Shown: piece by piece, positions 10,603 to 20,572 of the stretch
Numbering within the stretch: position 1 is the first letter of the stretch
How the letters are laid out: every line of letters starts with the position of its first letter
Position numbers and translations under genes: made by a program
Notes under the pieces: model-generated
Seen by the model: the letters and a program-made list of their open reading frames with translations, nothing else
Told to the model about the DNA's origin: nothing
The model's database searches: none
Sequence record: SRR2962707_674
Length of the DNA: 38,266 bases
Direction: 5' to 3' (one strand)

Positions 10603-12456
10603 ATGAGACACCTTTCCATTCTTCTTATCCTGCTATCTATCACAACATTTGGACAAAAGAATCTAAAACACATAGAGCCTCCCTTTTGGTGGGTAGATAT
10701 GCCTGTGTCCACGCTTCAGTTGATGCTTCATGGAGAAAACATTGGTAGCCTGACACCTACAATATCTTATGAGGGGGTATCTATCAATGAGGTAGTTCGC
10801 CTGGAAAATTCCAATTATCTGGTTCTCAATATGACCGTTGATGCCAGTGCTCAACCAGGATCGTTTGAAATCAAGCTGATGGATGGGAAAAAGAGTCGGG
10901 TCAAATTCGATTATGAGTTAAAAGAACGTACGAACGACACCAAAAGAAATATGGGATTCAATAGCAGTGATGTCATTTACTTGCTGATGCCTGATCGTTT
11001 TGCCAATGGCAATGCTGGCAATGATGTGGTAGAAGGTATGCTGGAAGGTGTGAACAGAAATGATCCGGATGCTCGACATGGAGGTGACATCAAGGGTGTT
11101 TCAGATCACCTGGACTACATCAAAGATCTGGGAATGACGGCTGTCTGGCTTACCCCTACTTTCGAGAATGATCAAACCCCAGAATACGGCGCATACCATG
11201 GATATGCAGCAACTGATCTTTACAAAGTAGATCGACGATTTGGGTCCAATGAGGAGTTCAAAGCCTTTGTGCAAAAATGCCATGACATGGACATGAAAGT
11301 GATCATGGACATGATCCACAACCACATTGGCGACCAGCATTGGTGGATGAAAGATAAACCTACCAAAGATTGGGTACATGATTTTGATACCTACAACACC
11401 ACAAGCTTCAGGGGCGAGGTGCAATCTGATCCACATGCCTCGCAATACGATAAAGACAAGCTGATCAAAGGATGGTTTGTTCCTGAGCTTGCAGATTTGG
11501 ATCAGCGAAATCCAGTGCTGGCAAACTATTTAATTCAAAACTCCATTTGGTGGATAGAGTATTCCGGTGTTGATGGCATTCGAATGGACACGTATGTCTA
11601 TCCATATAAAGAATTCCTAAAGGAATGGGTGACAACCGTTCTCGATTCATACCCTTCATTCAATATCGTTGGTGAATCATGGGTGGAAAAAGTAGCGCAT
11701 GAATCATATTGGCAGGAAGACAATGATGATGCAAATGACGGGTACAACTCCAACCTGCCAAGTGTTACCGACTTTCCAGTCTGCTTTTCCATCGAACAGT
11801 CGTTAAAAGAGGATTTCGGATGGACTTCTGGACTATCGAAACTTTACCTGACCATAACTGAGGATCGCCTCTATTCTGACCCGATGAAAAATGTGATCTT
11901 TCTGGATAATCACGACATAGATCGATTTTTCGGAAGAGTAAATCAAGATCCTGACTTATTCAAAATGGGCTATGCGTATCTAATGACCACCCGAGGTATT
12001 CCACAGGTATACTATGGAACGGAACTGATGTGGTCTAACAGCGATGGAGAAGGTGGCTGGGGCAAAAAGCGAGCAGATATGCCAGGCGGATGGGCTGAAG
12101 ATGATCGCTCCGTTTTCACCATAGAGGGAAGAACAGCTGACGAACAAGAGGCATTTGAATATGTGAAAAAACTCACCAATTGGAGAAAGAATGCACGTGT
12201 GATTCATGGCGGTAAGCTTACTCACTTCGTCCCTGCAGACAATACCTATGTCTACTTCAGACACACTGATGATGAGGTTGTTATGGTGGTTATGAATAGG
12301 AACGAAGAAGCCAAAACTATAGATCGAAATCGTTTCTCAGAATTCCTTAACAATTACTCCTCAGGTGTAAATGTGATCGATGGTTCAACTATCAATGTCA
12401 AGGAGAATTTTGAGATTGGACCTAAACAAACAGCTGTATTTGAGCTGAAAAAGTAG
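10603..12456 (+). CDS. GH13 neopullulanase/cyclomaltodextrinase (SusA-like, periplasmic)
   Basis: N-domain HIEPPFWW, YLLMPDRFANG, YHGYAATD, catalytic GIRMDTY, VGESW and LDNHD; SPI-type signal peptide. Confidence 0.93.
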   Translation: MRHLSILLILLSITTFGQKNLKHIEPPFWWVDMPVSTLQLMLHGENIGSLTPTISYEGVSINEVVRLENSNYLVLNMTVDASAQPGSFEIKLMDGKKSRVKFDYELKERTNDTKRNMGFNSSDVIYLLMPDRFANGNAGNDVVEGMLEGVNRNDPDARHGGDIKGVSDHLDYIKDLGMTAVWLTPTFENDQTPEYGAYHGYAATDLYKVDRRFGSNEEFKAFVQKCHDMDMKVIMDMIHNHIGDQHWWMKDKPTKDWVHDFDTYNTTSFRGEVQSDPHASQYDKDKLIKGWFVPELADLDQRNPVLANYLIQNSIWWIEYSGVDGIRMDTYVYPYKEFLKEWVTTVLDSYPSFNIVGESWVEKVAHESYWQEDNDDANDGYNSNLPSVTDFPVCFSIEQSLKEDFGWTSGLSKLYLTITEDRLYSDPMKNVIFLDNHDIDRFFGRVNQDPDLFKMGYAYLMTTRGIPQVYYGTELMWSNSDGEGGWGKKRADMPGGWAEDDRSVFTIEGRTADEQEAFEYVKKLTNWRKNARVIHGGKLTHFVPADNTYVYFRHTDDEVVMVVMNRNEEAKTIDRNRFSEFLNNYSSGVNVIDGSTINVKENFEIGPKQTAVFELKK

Positions 12457-12487
12457 TCCAGAATACCATAAGGCAATCCTATTTAGC

Positions 12488-12554
12488 TTTTGACTGTAGT
12501 CAAAATGCGTAATATTCATTTAGGTGAATTCACGCATCTATTGACTGTAATTAA
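12488..12554. promoter_or_regulatory. Candidate operator pair upstream of the TerB-like gene
   Basis: TTTTGACT-GT-AGTCAAAA perfect inverted repeat (12488-12505) and a degenerate copy TTGACTGTAATTAA (12541-12554). Confidence 0.5.
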
Positions 12555-12630
12555 TCATCAATTTACATGATGACTACTACTGATTATCAAACCTTAAATT
12601 TTTTACTATGAAACACTAATTTTTAAAATC

Positions 12631-13041
12631 ATGAACAAGAGCGAAAAATTTCGAATTTTGATTCAGTTGGCACTGGTCGATAATCAATTCGAAGACACGG
12701 AAAAACAGTTCATCACCGATTTAGCAAAGCTCCACCAAATTTCCACCGAAAAACTAGATTCCTTAATTACGGAAGAACTCGCCAAGAAGGAATCAGATCC
12801 TCAAATAACTTCAGACCTGGATTTTGAATCCAAAATTGAGATCCTTGCCGACATGGTCCGGATTATGAAAGCAGACGGAAAAGTCTATCTCAGCGAAATC
12901 AAATTCTGCGAGATGATTGCCCGAATGTTTGGATTCAAAGAAAAGTCCGTTGGGATGCTGTCAGGAATGATCCACAAAGATCCGACTGTACCTACCAACT
13001 GGCCAAAAATCCAGGATAAGATGAAAAAGCTAATTGATTAG
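12631..13041 (+). CDS. TerB-family (tellurite resistance/DjlA N-terminal-like) protein
   Basis: Twin motifs LALVDNQFEDTEK and IMKADGKVYLSEI, typical of TerB-like folds. Confidence 0.8.
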   Translation: MNKSEKFRILIQLALVDNQFEDTEKQFITDLAKLHQISTEKLDSLITEELAKKESDPQITSDLDFESKIEILADMVRIMKADGKVYLSEIKFCEMIARMFGFKEKSVGMLSGMIHKDPTVPTNWPKIQDKMKKLID

Positions 13042-13079
13042 CACATCCATTTTTTGAGGGGAGCCACCCCCCTCTCATA

Positions 13080-14939
13080 CTATTCCGAAAGCAACAACAC
13101 TCCTCTTTTCGATTCCAGATTCAACTTGATTGACCCATCTTCCGGAGAATACACCTGCTTAGTAAGTGCATCCCTAAAATCACCAGAAACAAGAATTGTG
13201 ACTTCCCTAACTTCATTTGAGAGATTAAAGACAGCTATTGCTTCATCCTCATCTAGCTTCCTTCGATATCCGAAAATCATCTCATCATCATTACTTAGCT
13301 GATAACCAATATCACCAAGGGCAAGTACCGGGTTTGCCTTTCTTATAGCAATCAGCTTCTTGTAATATTCTCTCAAATCAAAATCTGCTTTCACGGTATC
13401 AGGTGGCACACTCCTTACTCCATACGATTGCGCACTTTCCATTTCAAAAGTGATATCCTCCCACCAAATGGGTTTTCTTTCATCCGGATCATTGGCTCCC
13501 CACATGCCCAGCTCATCGCCATTCCAAATGTGTGGTGAACCCACTGATGAAAACTGATACAATAGATAGGTTTTTAATAAGTCCCAGGTCTCAGCATCAG
13601 GACGGTTGACCTTGTAGTCCGGATTATCTGCCAACTTTGACCCCTGATCAAAACGATTGGCATTATAGAATATGGTGCTCAACCGAGGCGTATCATGAGT
13701 AGCAACAATGTTCATCATCGCCTGCTGACTTTCAATAGAAATATCCTTGACCAGACTATCGTACCAGGTGACATACGCTGATGGAGTCATTTTGGGATTC
13801 GCTTGTTTGAACAGTCCACTTGACAAAACAAACCATCGGTAATTCATCAAAGCGTCGAATTGATCCCCGAGGACAAGTTTTTCCGGTCCTCTTAGATCCG
13901 GCCAATCAAACCACCACACTTCCGCGATAAGTAATGCCTCCGGATTGACCGATTTCACGAACTTTCGATAATCTCTCCACCAACCCATCGTCATTTCGGA
14001 AGCTACATCCATCCTCAATCCATCTACACCATCAGAAAAGTCTCCATCACCATTCGGATCCAGCCATCGACGAGTCACGTTGAACACATGATTTTTGAAG
14101 CTCTCCGAAGCTACATTGCCTTCATGCGGTAACCGAATTTCTTCGTTTTCTACATTTTCCTTGATTAAAGGAAGGTATTTAAACCCCCACCACCCTTTGA
14201 TCCTGGTTTCATCTTCCTCGGTTGTCGGATCATCAAATTGCTCAACATCAAACCAATCCTTATACGCCGATTCCTCCCGGTTCTTTCGGATATCGTTCAC
14301 AGCCCAGAAATCATACCCGGTGTGATTCCAAGAAAAATCCATGATAACGCGAATGTTTCGCGCATGCAGTTGCTTCACCACTTCCAGAAATTGCTTGTCT
14401 GCTTCGGTCCATTGCCATGTAGCCGGATCGATGGGATTCTCCTGATCCATCGTAGCTACATCACCAGCGGGATCAGGTCCGAAATTGCGATCCACATGTC
14501 GCCAGTTACGGGGATCATATTTATGCAATGATGGCGCATCATTCAGCGGATTGAAATATACGCCTGTAATACCTAAATCTTCGAGGTAATCCAATTTATC
14601 TAAAACCCCTTGCAGATCGCCTCCATACCTTCGCAATTGAGCTTTCGAATTAAAATCCATTCCATCCAATTCAGACATCCACGGATTTTCCTTGTACCAA
14701 TCTGCGCCCCATTCCGAAATTGCCCATGATTCGGGCATGACTTCCGGAAATGTTTTAGTCAGATCTTCTTTGCGTGGATCATTGGATACATCCCCATTTC
14801 TAAAGCGCTCCGGGAAAATCTGATACCAGATCATATTTCTGGACCATTCGGGAACATCTGAAATTTGCTCTGTTTTGGTCGGAGTGGTCTCGCATGAAAT
14901 AAAAACAAGTAGAGGAATAAATAGGAATACCTTTTTCAT
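13080..14939 (-). CDS. GH13 glycoside hydrolase lipoprotein (neopullulanase/cyclomaltodextrinase-like)
   Basis: Lipobox FISC; WYQIFPERFRNGD, YGGDLQG, HKYD, catalytic GLRMDVA, IAEVW and ATHDT. Confidence 0.92.
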   Translation of the reverse strand: MKKVFLFIPLLVFISCETTPTKTEQISDVPEWSRNMIWYQIFPERFRNGDVSNDPRKEDLTKTFPEVMPESWAISEWGADWYKENPWMSELDGMDFNSKAQLRRYGGDLQGVLDKLDYLEDLGITGVYFNPLNDAPSLHKYDPRNWRHVDRNFGPDPAGDVATMDQENPIDPATWQWTEADKQFLEVVKQLHARNIRVIMDFSWNHTGYDFWAVNDIRKNREESAYKDWFDVEQFDDPTTEEDETRIKGWWGFKYLPLIKENVENEEIRLPHEGNVASESFKNHVFNVTRRWLDPNGDGDFSDGVDGLRMDVASEMTMGWWRDYRKFVKSVNPEALLIAEVWWFDWPDLRGPEKLVLGDQFDALMNYRWFVLSSGLFKQANPKMTPSAYVTWYDSLVKDISIESQQAMMNIVATHDTPRLSTIFYNANRFDQGSKLADNPDYKVNRPDAETWDLLKTYLLYQFSSVGSPHIWNGDELGMWGANDPDERKPIWWEDITFEMESAQSYGVRSVPPDTVKADFDLREYYKKLIAIRKANPVLALGDIGYQLSNDDEMIFGYRRKLDEDEAIAVFNLSNEVREVTILVSGDFRDALTKQVYSPEDGSIKLNLESKRGVLLLSE

Positions 14940-15062
14940 AAAGCTGATTTAGAAACACAATTTATGAATGAATGGCAAGACAAATATCCACTCATGTAAC
15001 AAATTGGTAATCAACAGATATTTTGGAATAAATTGAGGTTCAAAACTAAACCTACTTGTAAG

Positions 15063-18000
15063 ATGAAGAAACTACTTATTGGCGTACTCACCCTTGTGAG
15101 TTTCGCTCTGTTTGCCCAGGAAGAGGACAAATCTGAGGCAGACACCACCAAAGAAAAGAAAGCAACCAAAGAACTACCGCTTGAGCCTGAAAGAAAACTA
15201 AGGCTTCAAACGACTGAAGGCACATGGATTTCTCTTGACGTAAGTCCGGATGGATCCAAAATCGCATTCGACATGATGGGCGACATCTACACCATCCCGA
15301 TGGCAGGTGGTAAGGCTACACAGCTTACCTCGGGAATGGCCTTCGACACGCACCCACGATTTAGCCCCGATGGGAAATCAATTGCATTTACTTCAGACAA
15401 AAGCGGATCAGAGAATATCTGGACACTTGACCTGACCGACCCTGAGGCAGAACCTAAACAAATCACAAAAGATTCTGACAAGTACTATCAAGCTGCTGAA
15501 TGGGCACCTGATGGAAAATACCTGATCGTTTCCAAAGGTGGTCGAGTATTGCAATTGCACATGTTCCACAAAGATGGAGGTGGAGGAATCCAACTCATCA
15601 AAGAACCTGCCGCATTGCAAGCCACAGAACCAGCTTTCGGTGGTAACGAACGATACATCTGGTTCTCACGAAGATTCGGAGCTTGGAATTACAACGCTCA
15701 AATGCCCCAATACCAGATCGCAACCTACGATAGAGAAACCGGAGAAATGTCCACCCAGACCAACCAATATGGTTCTGCCTTTTCCCCAACCCTTTCGTCC
15801 GATGGAAAATGGTTGGTTTATGGCACCAGATACAATACTCAAACCGGCTTGATGAAGCGGAACCTTCAGACTGGAGAAGAAAGCTGGCTGGCATATCCGG
15901 TTCGGAGAGATGATCAGGAATCAAGAGCTAGATTGGGAGTGTACCCTGCTATGTCATTCACTCCGGATAACCAGTCCGTTATAGCCTCTTATGGAGGAAA
16001 GATTTGGAGAATCCCTATAAATGGAGGTGCTGCTACCCAAATACCATTCGAAGTGGACGAGGAATTAGATTTCGGCCCAATGGTTCAGTTTGATTATCCG
16101 ATTCTGGATGAAAAAGAAATGATAGCTACACAAATCAGGGATGCAAAAAGATCTCCTGATGGAAGCAAAGTAGCATTCACAGCATTGAATCGATTGTACG
16201 TCATGGACTATCCGAATGGAGAACCTAAGCGATTAACCAAAAATGATTACACCGAAGCAATGCCAACATGGTCTCCTGATGGCCAATACATTGCTTTCAC
16301 AACATGGGAAGGATCGGAAGGCAACATCTACAAAGTGAAAACCTCAGGAGGAAGACCTGTGAAAGTGACCAATCAAGGTGGTACTTACATAGACCTTGCC
16401 TGGGATGCTAAGACAAACCGAATAGCATTCGTTTATGGTCCGGCTCAGGCCTATGCCAATGCCATTGATCCATTTAGTTTCGGTGCACAAATGAATATTG
16501 GTTGGGTGAGTGCCAATGGCGGCAATGTCAATACCATAGAATCTTCAGCCGGTCGAAGCAATCTTCATTTCGTGGAAGGCAATGACCGGATTTACATGTA
16601 TCATGGTGGCAAAGGTCTGATGTCTATGAGATGGGATGGTTCTGATGAAAAAGAACACCTCAAGATTACCGGCATCATGACTTACCCGGCCCTAAATCAT
16701 GAACATGCGCTTGAGGAAACCTATACGGAACCTCAGCGAAGACCAAGCAATGCTGAGTACATCTACATGGCACCAAAAGGAGATCGTGCACTTGCCAAAA
16801 TCAACAATGATGTGTTCGTGGTAACAGTTCCACCGGTTGGTGCAGAGACTGTCTCCATTTCTGTTTCCAATCCGGACAATGCCTCTTTCCCTTCCTGGAA
16901 ACTGACCACATTCGGGGGTGAATTTGCCCACTGGAATAAAGATGGAAATACCGTCAACTTTACATTGGGCAATGCATACTTCGCTTATGACATGGCAGAA
17001 GCAGAGCGTGTCAATAAAGAACTAGAAGAGAAGAAAAAGAAAGAAGCAGAGGAGAAAAAGAAAAAAGAAGAAGAGAAGAAAAAGAAGAAGGATGATGAGG
17101 ATGAAGATGACGAGGGAGATGATGATGATACAGAAGAAGAAAGTGAGGGTGATAGTACTGACACAGCAAGTGAGGACAAGGAAAAAGACAAAGAAGATGA
17201 GGGGTATAAGCCAAATGAAATCCGAGTCAAAGTAAAGGTGGAGAAAGACATTCCTGAAGGATCTGTTCTTCTTAAAGGTGCAAGAATCATTACCATGAAT
17301 GGAGATGAGGTCATTGAAAATGGGGATATCCTTATTGAAAATGCCCGAATCAAAGCTGTTGGTGCATCCGGTTCACTTGAAGCAGGAAATGCTAAAGTGA
17401 TGGATATGAGTGGTAAGACCATTACCCCTGGATTCGTGGATACCCATTCACACATGTGGCCAAACTGGGGTCTTCAGAAAAATCAGGTGTGGATGTATGC
17501 TGCTAATTTGGCCTATGGAGTAACAACCACGAGAGATCCTCAGACAGCAACCACCGACGTACTTACGTATGCAGATATGGTGGAAACAGGTGACCTGCTC
17601 GGACCAAGAGTTTACTCAACAGGTCCAGGTGTTGGATTCTGGTACTACAATATCAAAAGCCTTGAACATGCGCAAAATGTATTGAAGCAGTACTCTGAAT
17701 ACTTCAATACCAAGACCATTAAGATGTACATGACCGGAAATCGTCAGCATAGACAATGGATCATTCAGGCGGCTAAGGAGCAAAAGTTGATGCCTACTAC
17801 TGAAGGCGCACTCGACATGAAACTCAACCTGACGCAGTTGATAGATGGTTATCCCGGGCATGAGCATGCCTTCCCAATCTATCCGATCTACAATGATGTG
17901 ACCCAATTGGTAGCGAAAGCGCAAATGGCCTACACTCCTACCCTGTTAGTGTCCTATGGAGGGCCTTGGGCTGAAGAATATTACTATGCAACAGAAAATG

Positions 18001-18515
18001 TGGTGGGAGATCAGAAGCTTAATTTCTTTACTCCAAAAGTGGAAGTGGATCAAAAAGCCAGAAGAAGAGGTGCCTGGTTCATTCCAGACGAACACATTTT
18101 CTCCAGACATGGAGAGTTTGTAGGTGATCTGGTTAAAGATGGAGGTCTTTCCGGTGTAGGATCACATGGTCAATTGCAAGGGCTTGGATATCACTGGGAG
18201 CTTTGGTCTATTCAGTCCGGTGGAATGCCTGAGTTGGATGCCCTCAAAGTGGCTACTATACTTGGTGCAAAAGCCATTGGCTTAAGTAAAGATGTTGGAA
18301 GTATCGAAGCGGGTAAACTTGCCGACCTGGTGATCATGGACAAGAATCCACTGGATAATATCAGAAACACCAACACGATTTCACAAGTGATGAAAAATGG
18401 TAGATTGTATAATGGTAACACCCTAGATGAAGTCTATCCGAGACAGAAAAAAGCGCCTGATTTTTATTGGGTGAAAGAAGGCCCGGACAAGAAAAATCTA
18501 CCTGGAGAGAAATAA
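15063..18515 (+). CDS. Secreted amidohydrolase with N-terminal PD40/TolB-like beta-propellers
   Basis: ATG at 15063 gives signal peptide MKKLLIG. Repeated SPDG motifs, then TPGFVDTHSH, GVTTTRDP, GHEH and GSIEAGKLADLVI. Confidence 0.9.
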   Translation: MKKLLIGVLTLVSFALFAQEEDKSEADTTKEKKATKELPLEPERKLRLQTTEGTWISLDVSPDGSKIAFDMMGDIYTIPMAGGKATQLTSGMAFDTHPRFSPDGKSIAFTSDKSGSENIWTLDLTDPEAEPKQITKDSDKYYQAAEWAPDGKYLIVSKGGRVLQLHMFHKDGGGGIQLIKEPAALQATEPAFGGNERYIWFSRRFGAWNYNAQMPQYQIATYDRETGEMSTQTNQYGSAFSPTLSSDGKWLVYGTRYNTQTGLMKRNLQTGEESWLAYPVRRDDQESRARLGVYPAMSFTPDNQSVIASYGGKIWRIPINGGAATQIPFEVDEELDFGPMVQFDYPILDEKEMIATQIRDAKRSPDGSKVAFTALNRLYVMDYPNGEPKRLTKNDYTEAMPTWSPDGQYIAFTTWEGSEGNIYKVKTSGGRPVKVTNQGGTYIDLAWDAKTNRIAFVYGPAQAYANAIDPFSFGAQMNIGWVSANGGNVNTIESSAGRSNLHFVEGNDRIYMYHGGKGLMSMRWDGSDEKEHLKITGIMTYPALNHEHALEETYTEPQRRPSNAEYIYMAPKGDRALAKINNDVFVVTVPPVGAETVSISVSNPDNASFPSWKLTTFGGEFAHWNKDGNTVNFTLGNAYFAYDMAEAERVNKELEEKKKKEAEEKKKKEEEKKKKKDDEDEDDEGDDDDTEEESEGDSTDTASEDKEKDKEDEGYKPNEIRVKVKVEKDIPEGSVLLKGARIITMNGDEVIENGDILIENARIKAVGASGSLEAGNAKVMDMSGKTITPGFVDTHSHMWPNWGLQKNQVWMYAANLAYGVTTTRDPQTATTDVLTYADMVETGDLLGPRVYSTGPGVGFWYYNIKSLEHAQNVLKQYSEYFNTKTIKMYMTGNRQHRQWIIQAAKEQKLMPTTEGALDMKLNLTQLIDGYPGHEHAFPIYPIYNDVTQLVAKAQMAYTPTLLVSYGGPWAEEYYYATENVVGDQKLNFFTPKVEVDQKARRRGAWFIPDEHIFSRHGEFVGDLVKDGGLSGVGSHGQLQGLGYHWELWSIQSGGMPELDALKVATILGAKAIGLSKDVGSIEAGKLADLVIMDKNPLDNIRNTNTISQVMKNGRLYNGNTLDEVYPRQKKAPDFYWVKEGPDKKNLPGEK
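17020..17203 (+). repeat. Low-complexity K/E-rich then D/E-rich coding linker
   Basis: Purine-rich GAA/AAG/GAT tract encoding EEKKKKEAEEKKKKEEEKKKKKDDEDEDDEGDDDD. Confidence 0.85.
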
Positions 18516-18535
18516 TATTTAATCGAGTTGATTTG

Positions 18536-18565
18536 AAAAGCCGGACCAATTTGGTTCGGCTTTTT
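18536..18565 (+). terminator. Rho-independent terminator
   Basis: AAAAGCCGGACCA-AT-TTGGTTCGGCTTTTT hairpin with T-tract after the amidohydrolase stop. Confidence 0.8.
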
Positions 18566-18647
18566 GCATATAGGAATTGGGTGATTTTACCGATTGACAT
18601 TCTTTGAAGATTTTCGCAGCTTTGATTATCATCAATTAATAAATACT

Positions 18648-19085
18648 ATGAAAAAGCTAATCTACCTGTGCCTGTCAGGCTGCTTATTGCTGTCGTTTAT
18701 TTCCTGTAGTGAAGACGATGGAGGTTCTGCATCATTCGAATTAGAAGGAACGCTTTGGGAGGGTACATCCTATGTGGCCACCGGATGTGACGATCCAAAT
18801 GACAATGAGAATTCTACTGGTTTCACATGTACTGCTACTGATTGTGAAACGCTGCAATTGCAAAATGGAACCGTTACCATTATCAACATTGAGGATGGAG
18901 TAACGGAAACAACCACTGCTACTTACACCGTTTCAGGAAACACTGTCAGTGTTGAACTGGACAATGAAGGTCAGACGGTGATGTTTGATATAACCTACAC
19001 CATTGTAGAGAATGTCCTGACTTTATCATTCACCTTCCCACTTGATGGTTGCGATGTTGTGCAGACATATGTCGCATCTTCATAA
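18648..19085 (+). CDS. Acidic beta-rich lipoprotein (lipocalin-like domain, tentative)
   Basis: ATG at 18648 gives MKKLIY...FISC followed by SEDD; LEGTLW strand; four further Cys. Confidence 0.7.
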   Translation: MKKLIYLCLSGCLLLSFISCSEDDGGSASFELEGTLWEGTSYVATGCDDPNDNENSTGFTCTATDCETLQLQNGTVTIINIEDGVTETTTATYTVSGNTVSVELDNEGQTVMFDITYTIVENVLTLSFTFPLDGCDVVQTYVASS

Positions 19086-19113
19086 ATACCCAATCAGATT
19101 AAGCCATAGCTAA

Positions 19114-19509
19114 CTATGGCTTAATCTTTTCAATCCTAATATTCCAGGTAATCAATTGGTTGAATTTGATTGTAAAAACAGCGAACGAATTCAATGATAT
19201 TCCTACTTCAGTCCATTTCTCCTTGTCCAGTTTATTCTGAATAAGCAGATAAACATTTTGATCACTTTCAGGCTGAAATCTCAAACCCAAGGTATTTCCC
19301 CTCTCCTCTTTTGAGATGAATCTCTCCAATTGTAGCTTCTTAAGCTTTGCTATCTGATCTTCAATAATGCCCTGCTCATAAGTGCCTTTTGATTTTATGT
19401 GAATGTAATCCTGGGATTGAAACCATTTGATTTGCCCATAAGTCTGCATCAAAAGAAAAAGGCAGATAAATGCCATTAGTGGTCGACTTAGTGATACGAA
19501 CCTCCTCAT
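19114..19509 (-). CDS. Hypothetical exported protein
   Basis: ATGA overlap with the EamA stop codon and a hydrophobic N-terminus. No recognisable family. Confidence 0.55.
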   Translation of the reverse strand: MRRFVSLSRPLMAFICLFLLMQTYGQIKWFQSQDYIHIKSKGTYEQGIIEDQIAKLKKLQLERFISKEERGNTLGLRFQPESDQNVYLLIQNKLDKEKWTEVGISLNSFAVFTIKFNQLITWNIRIEKIKP

Positions 19510-20471
19510 CTAAACTTACAGTAAAGCGTTGTATCGATTCCTTCACTAAATCTTGTTGTATCGATTCCTTCACTAAATCTTCTTGGCTTTTCTTTGGCCT
19601 GACGAATGACCAATGAGATTCCGGACAGGACAAAAATTGCTCCCCAAACCATCCAAAGTGTTATGTGCTCGTCCAGAAAAATCATTCCTAAAGACACCCC
19701 ATAAATCGGCATTAGGAAGGTAACAGTAGAGGCATAGCTGGCACTTGTTCTTTCAATCAATTTGAAATAAAGAATAAATGCCAAGGCTGTTCCAAAAACA
19801 CCAAGAACCAAAAGTGAGCCAAGGGCTTCCCAACTGACTTTGAGTAAATCAAATCCGGGATCAGCCATAAAGGCAATGGGAATCAGATAAATCGTCACCG
19901 TAAGCAGTTGTGCTGCCGGTGCATGAACAGAAGGCACCTTGGTCAGATGCTTTCTGACATAAACCAAGCCAATTCCATAGCTAAGAGAGGCAAGAGATAT
20001 TGCCAGCACTCCCAGGGTACTGCCTTGAACTCCATCCAATAGGTTTGGAAATACGAGAATGACCAGTCCAACAAACCCAAGGGAAACCCCTTTAACTTTG
20101 TTCATAGTCATGCGCTCATCCTGAAGCATAACTTGAGCGAGCACAATGGTGAATAATGGCACCATCCCGTTGAGCAAGGAGGCAAGTGAACTATCTACAT
20201 ATTGTTCTCCCCAATTAATTAGCACAAATGGTAATCCCTGGGCAAAAAAGCCCGCAATCATCGTTTTCTTCCAAAAATCCCATTGCATAGAAAGGCGCTG
20301 GCCTCTTGCCAAAAGGAATACATTCAGGAGTATCGCTCCAATACCTATCCTGAATGCTGCAAGCATAATAGGTGAGATTTCCGCAACTGCAATTTTGATA
20401 AATAAGTAGGACGGTCCCCAAAAGGTGGACAGTAACAGAAGGAGCGATAAATTTTTAATTCTATGATCCAT
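19506..20471 (-). CDS. EamA/DMT-family transporter
   Basis: About ten TM helices; FWGPSYLFIK, GEQYVDSSLASLLNG and LGVFGTALAFILYFKLI. Start chosen at MDHRIK. Confidence 0.92.
   Translation of the reverse strand: MDHRIKNLSLLLLLSTFWGPSYLFIKIAVAEISPIMLAAFRIGIGAILLNVFLLARGQRLSMQWDFWKKTMIAGFFAQGLPFVLINWGEQYVDSSLASLLNGMVPLFTIVLAQVMLQDERMTMNKVKGVSLGFVGLVILVFPNLLDGVQGSTLGVLAISLASLSYGIGLVYVRKHLTKVPSVHAPAAQLLTVTIYLIPIAFMADPGFDLLKVSWEALGSLLVLGVFGTALAFILYFKLIERTSASYASTVTFLMPIYGVSLGMIFLDEHITLWMVWGAIFVLSGISLVIRQAKEKPRRFSEGIDTTRFSEGIDTTLYCKFR
19528..19581. repeat. Perfect 27-bp tandem duplication
   Basis: GTTGTATCGATTCCTTCACTAAATCTT x2, encoding RFSEGIDTT x2 at the EamA C-terminus. Confidence 0.97.
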
Positions 20472-20527
20472 GATTTCTCGTTTGTACAAATGGAACGGAA
20501 ATCGAAATCGAACCAACTATTAATTGG

Positions 20528-20564
20528 ATGAATTGATTTTATTAAAAGAATGAAATTAATTAAT
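20528..20564. promoter_or_regulatory. Tandem LysR (MetR-like) binding boxes
   Basis: ATGAATTGATTTTAT (20528-20542) and ATGAAATTAATTAAT (20550-20564). Both are T-N11-A, 22 bp apart, in the divergent intergenic region. Confidence 0.6.
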
Positions 20565-20572
20565 ATAGCCAC

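Noticed and set aside
16985..17455. 156-aa antisense poly-Ser/Phe ORF
   Set aside because: It is the reverse-strand shadow of the K/E/D low-complexity linker of the amidohydrolase.
19528..19581. 27-bp repeat as a CRISPR remnant
   Set aside because: The two copies are contiguous with no spacer, in-frame within a CDS, and no cas genes are present.
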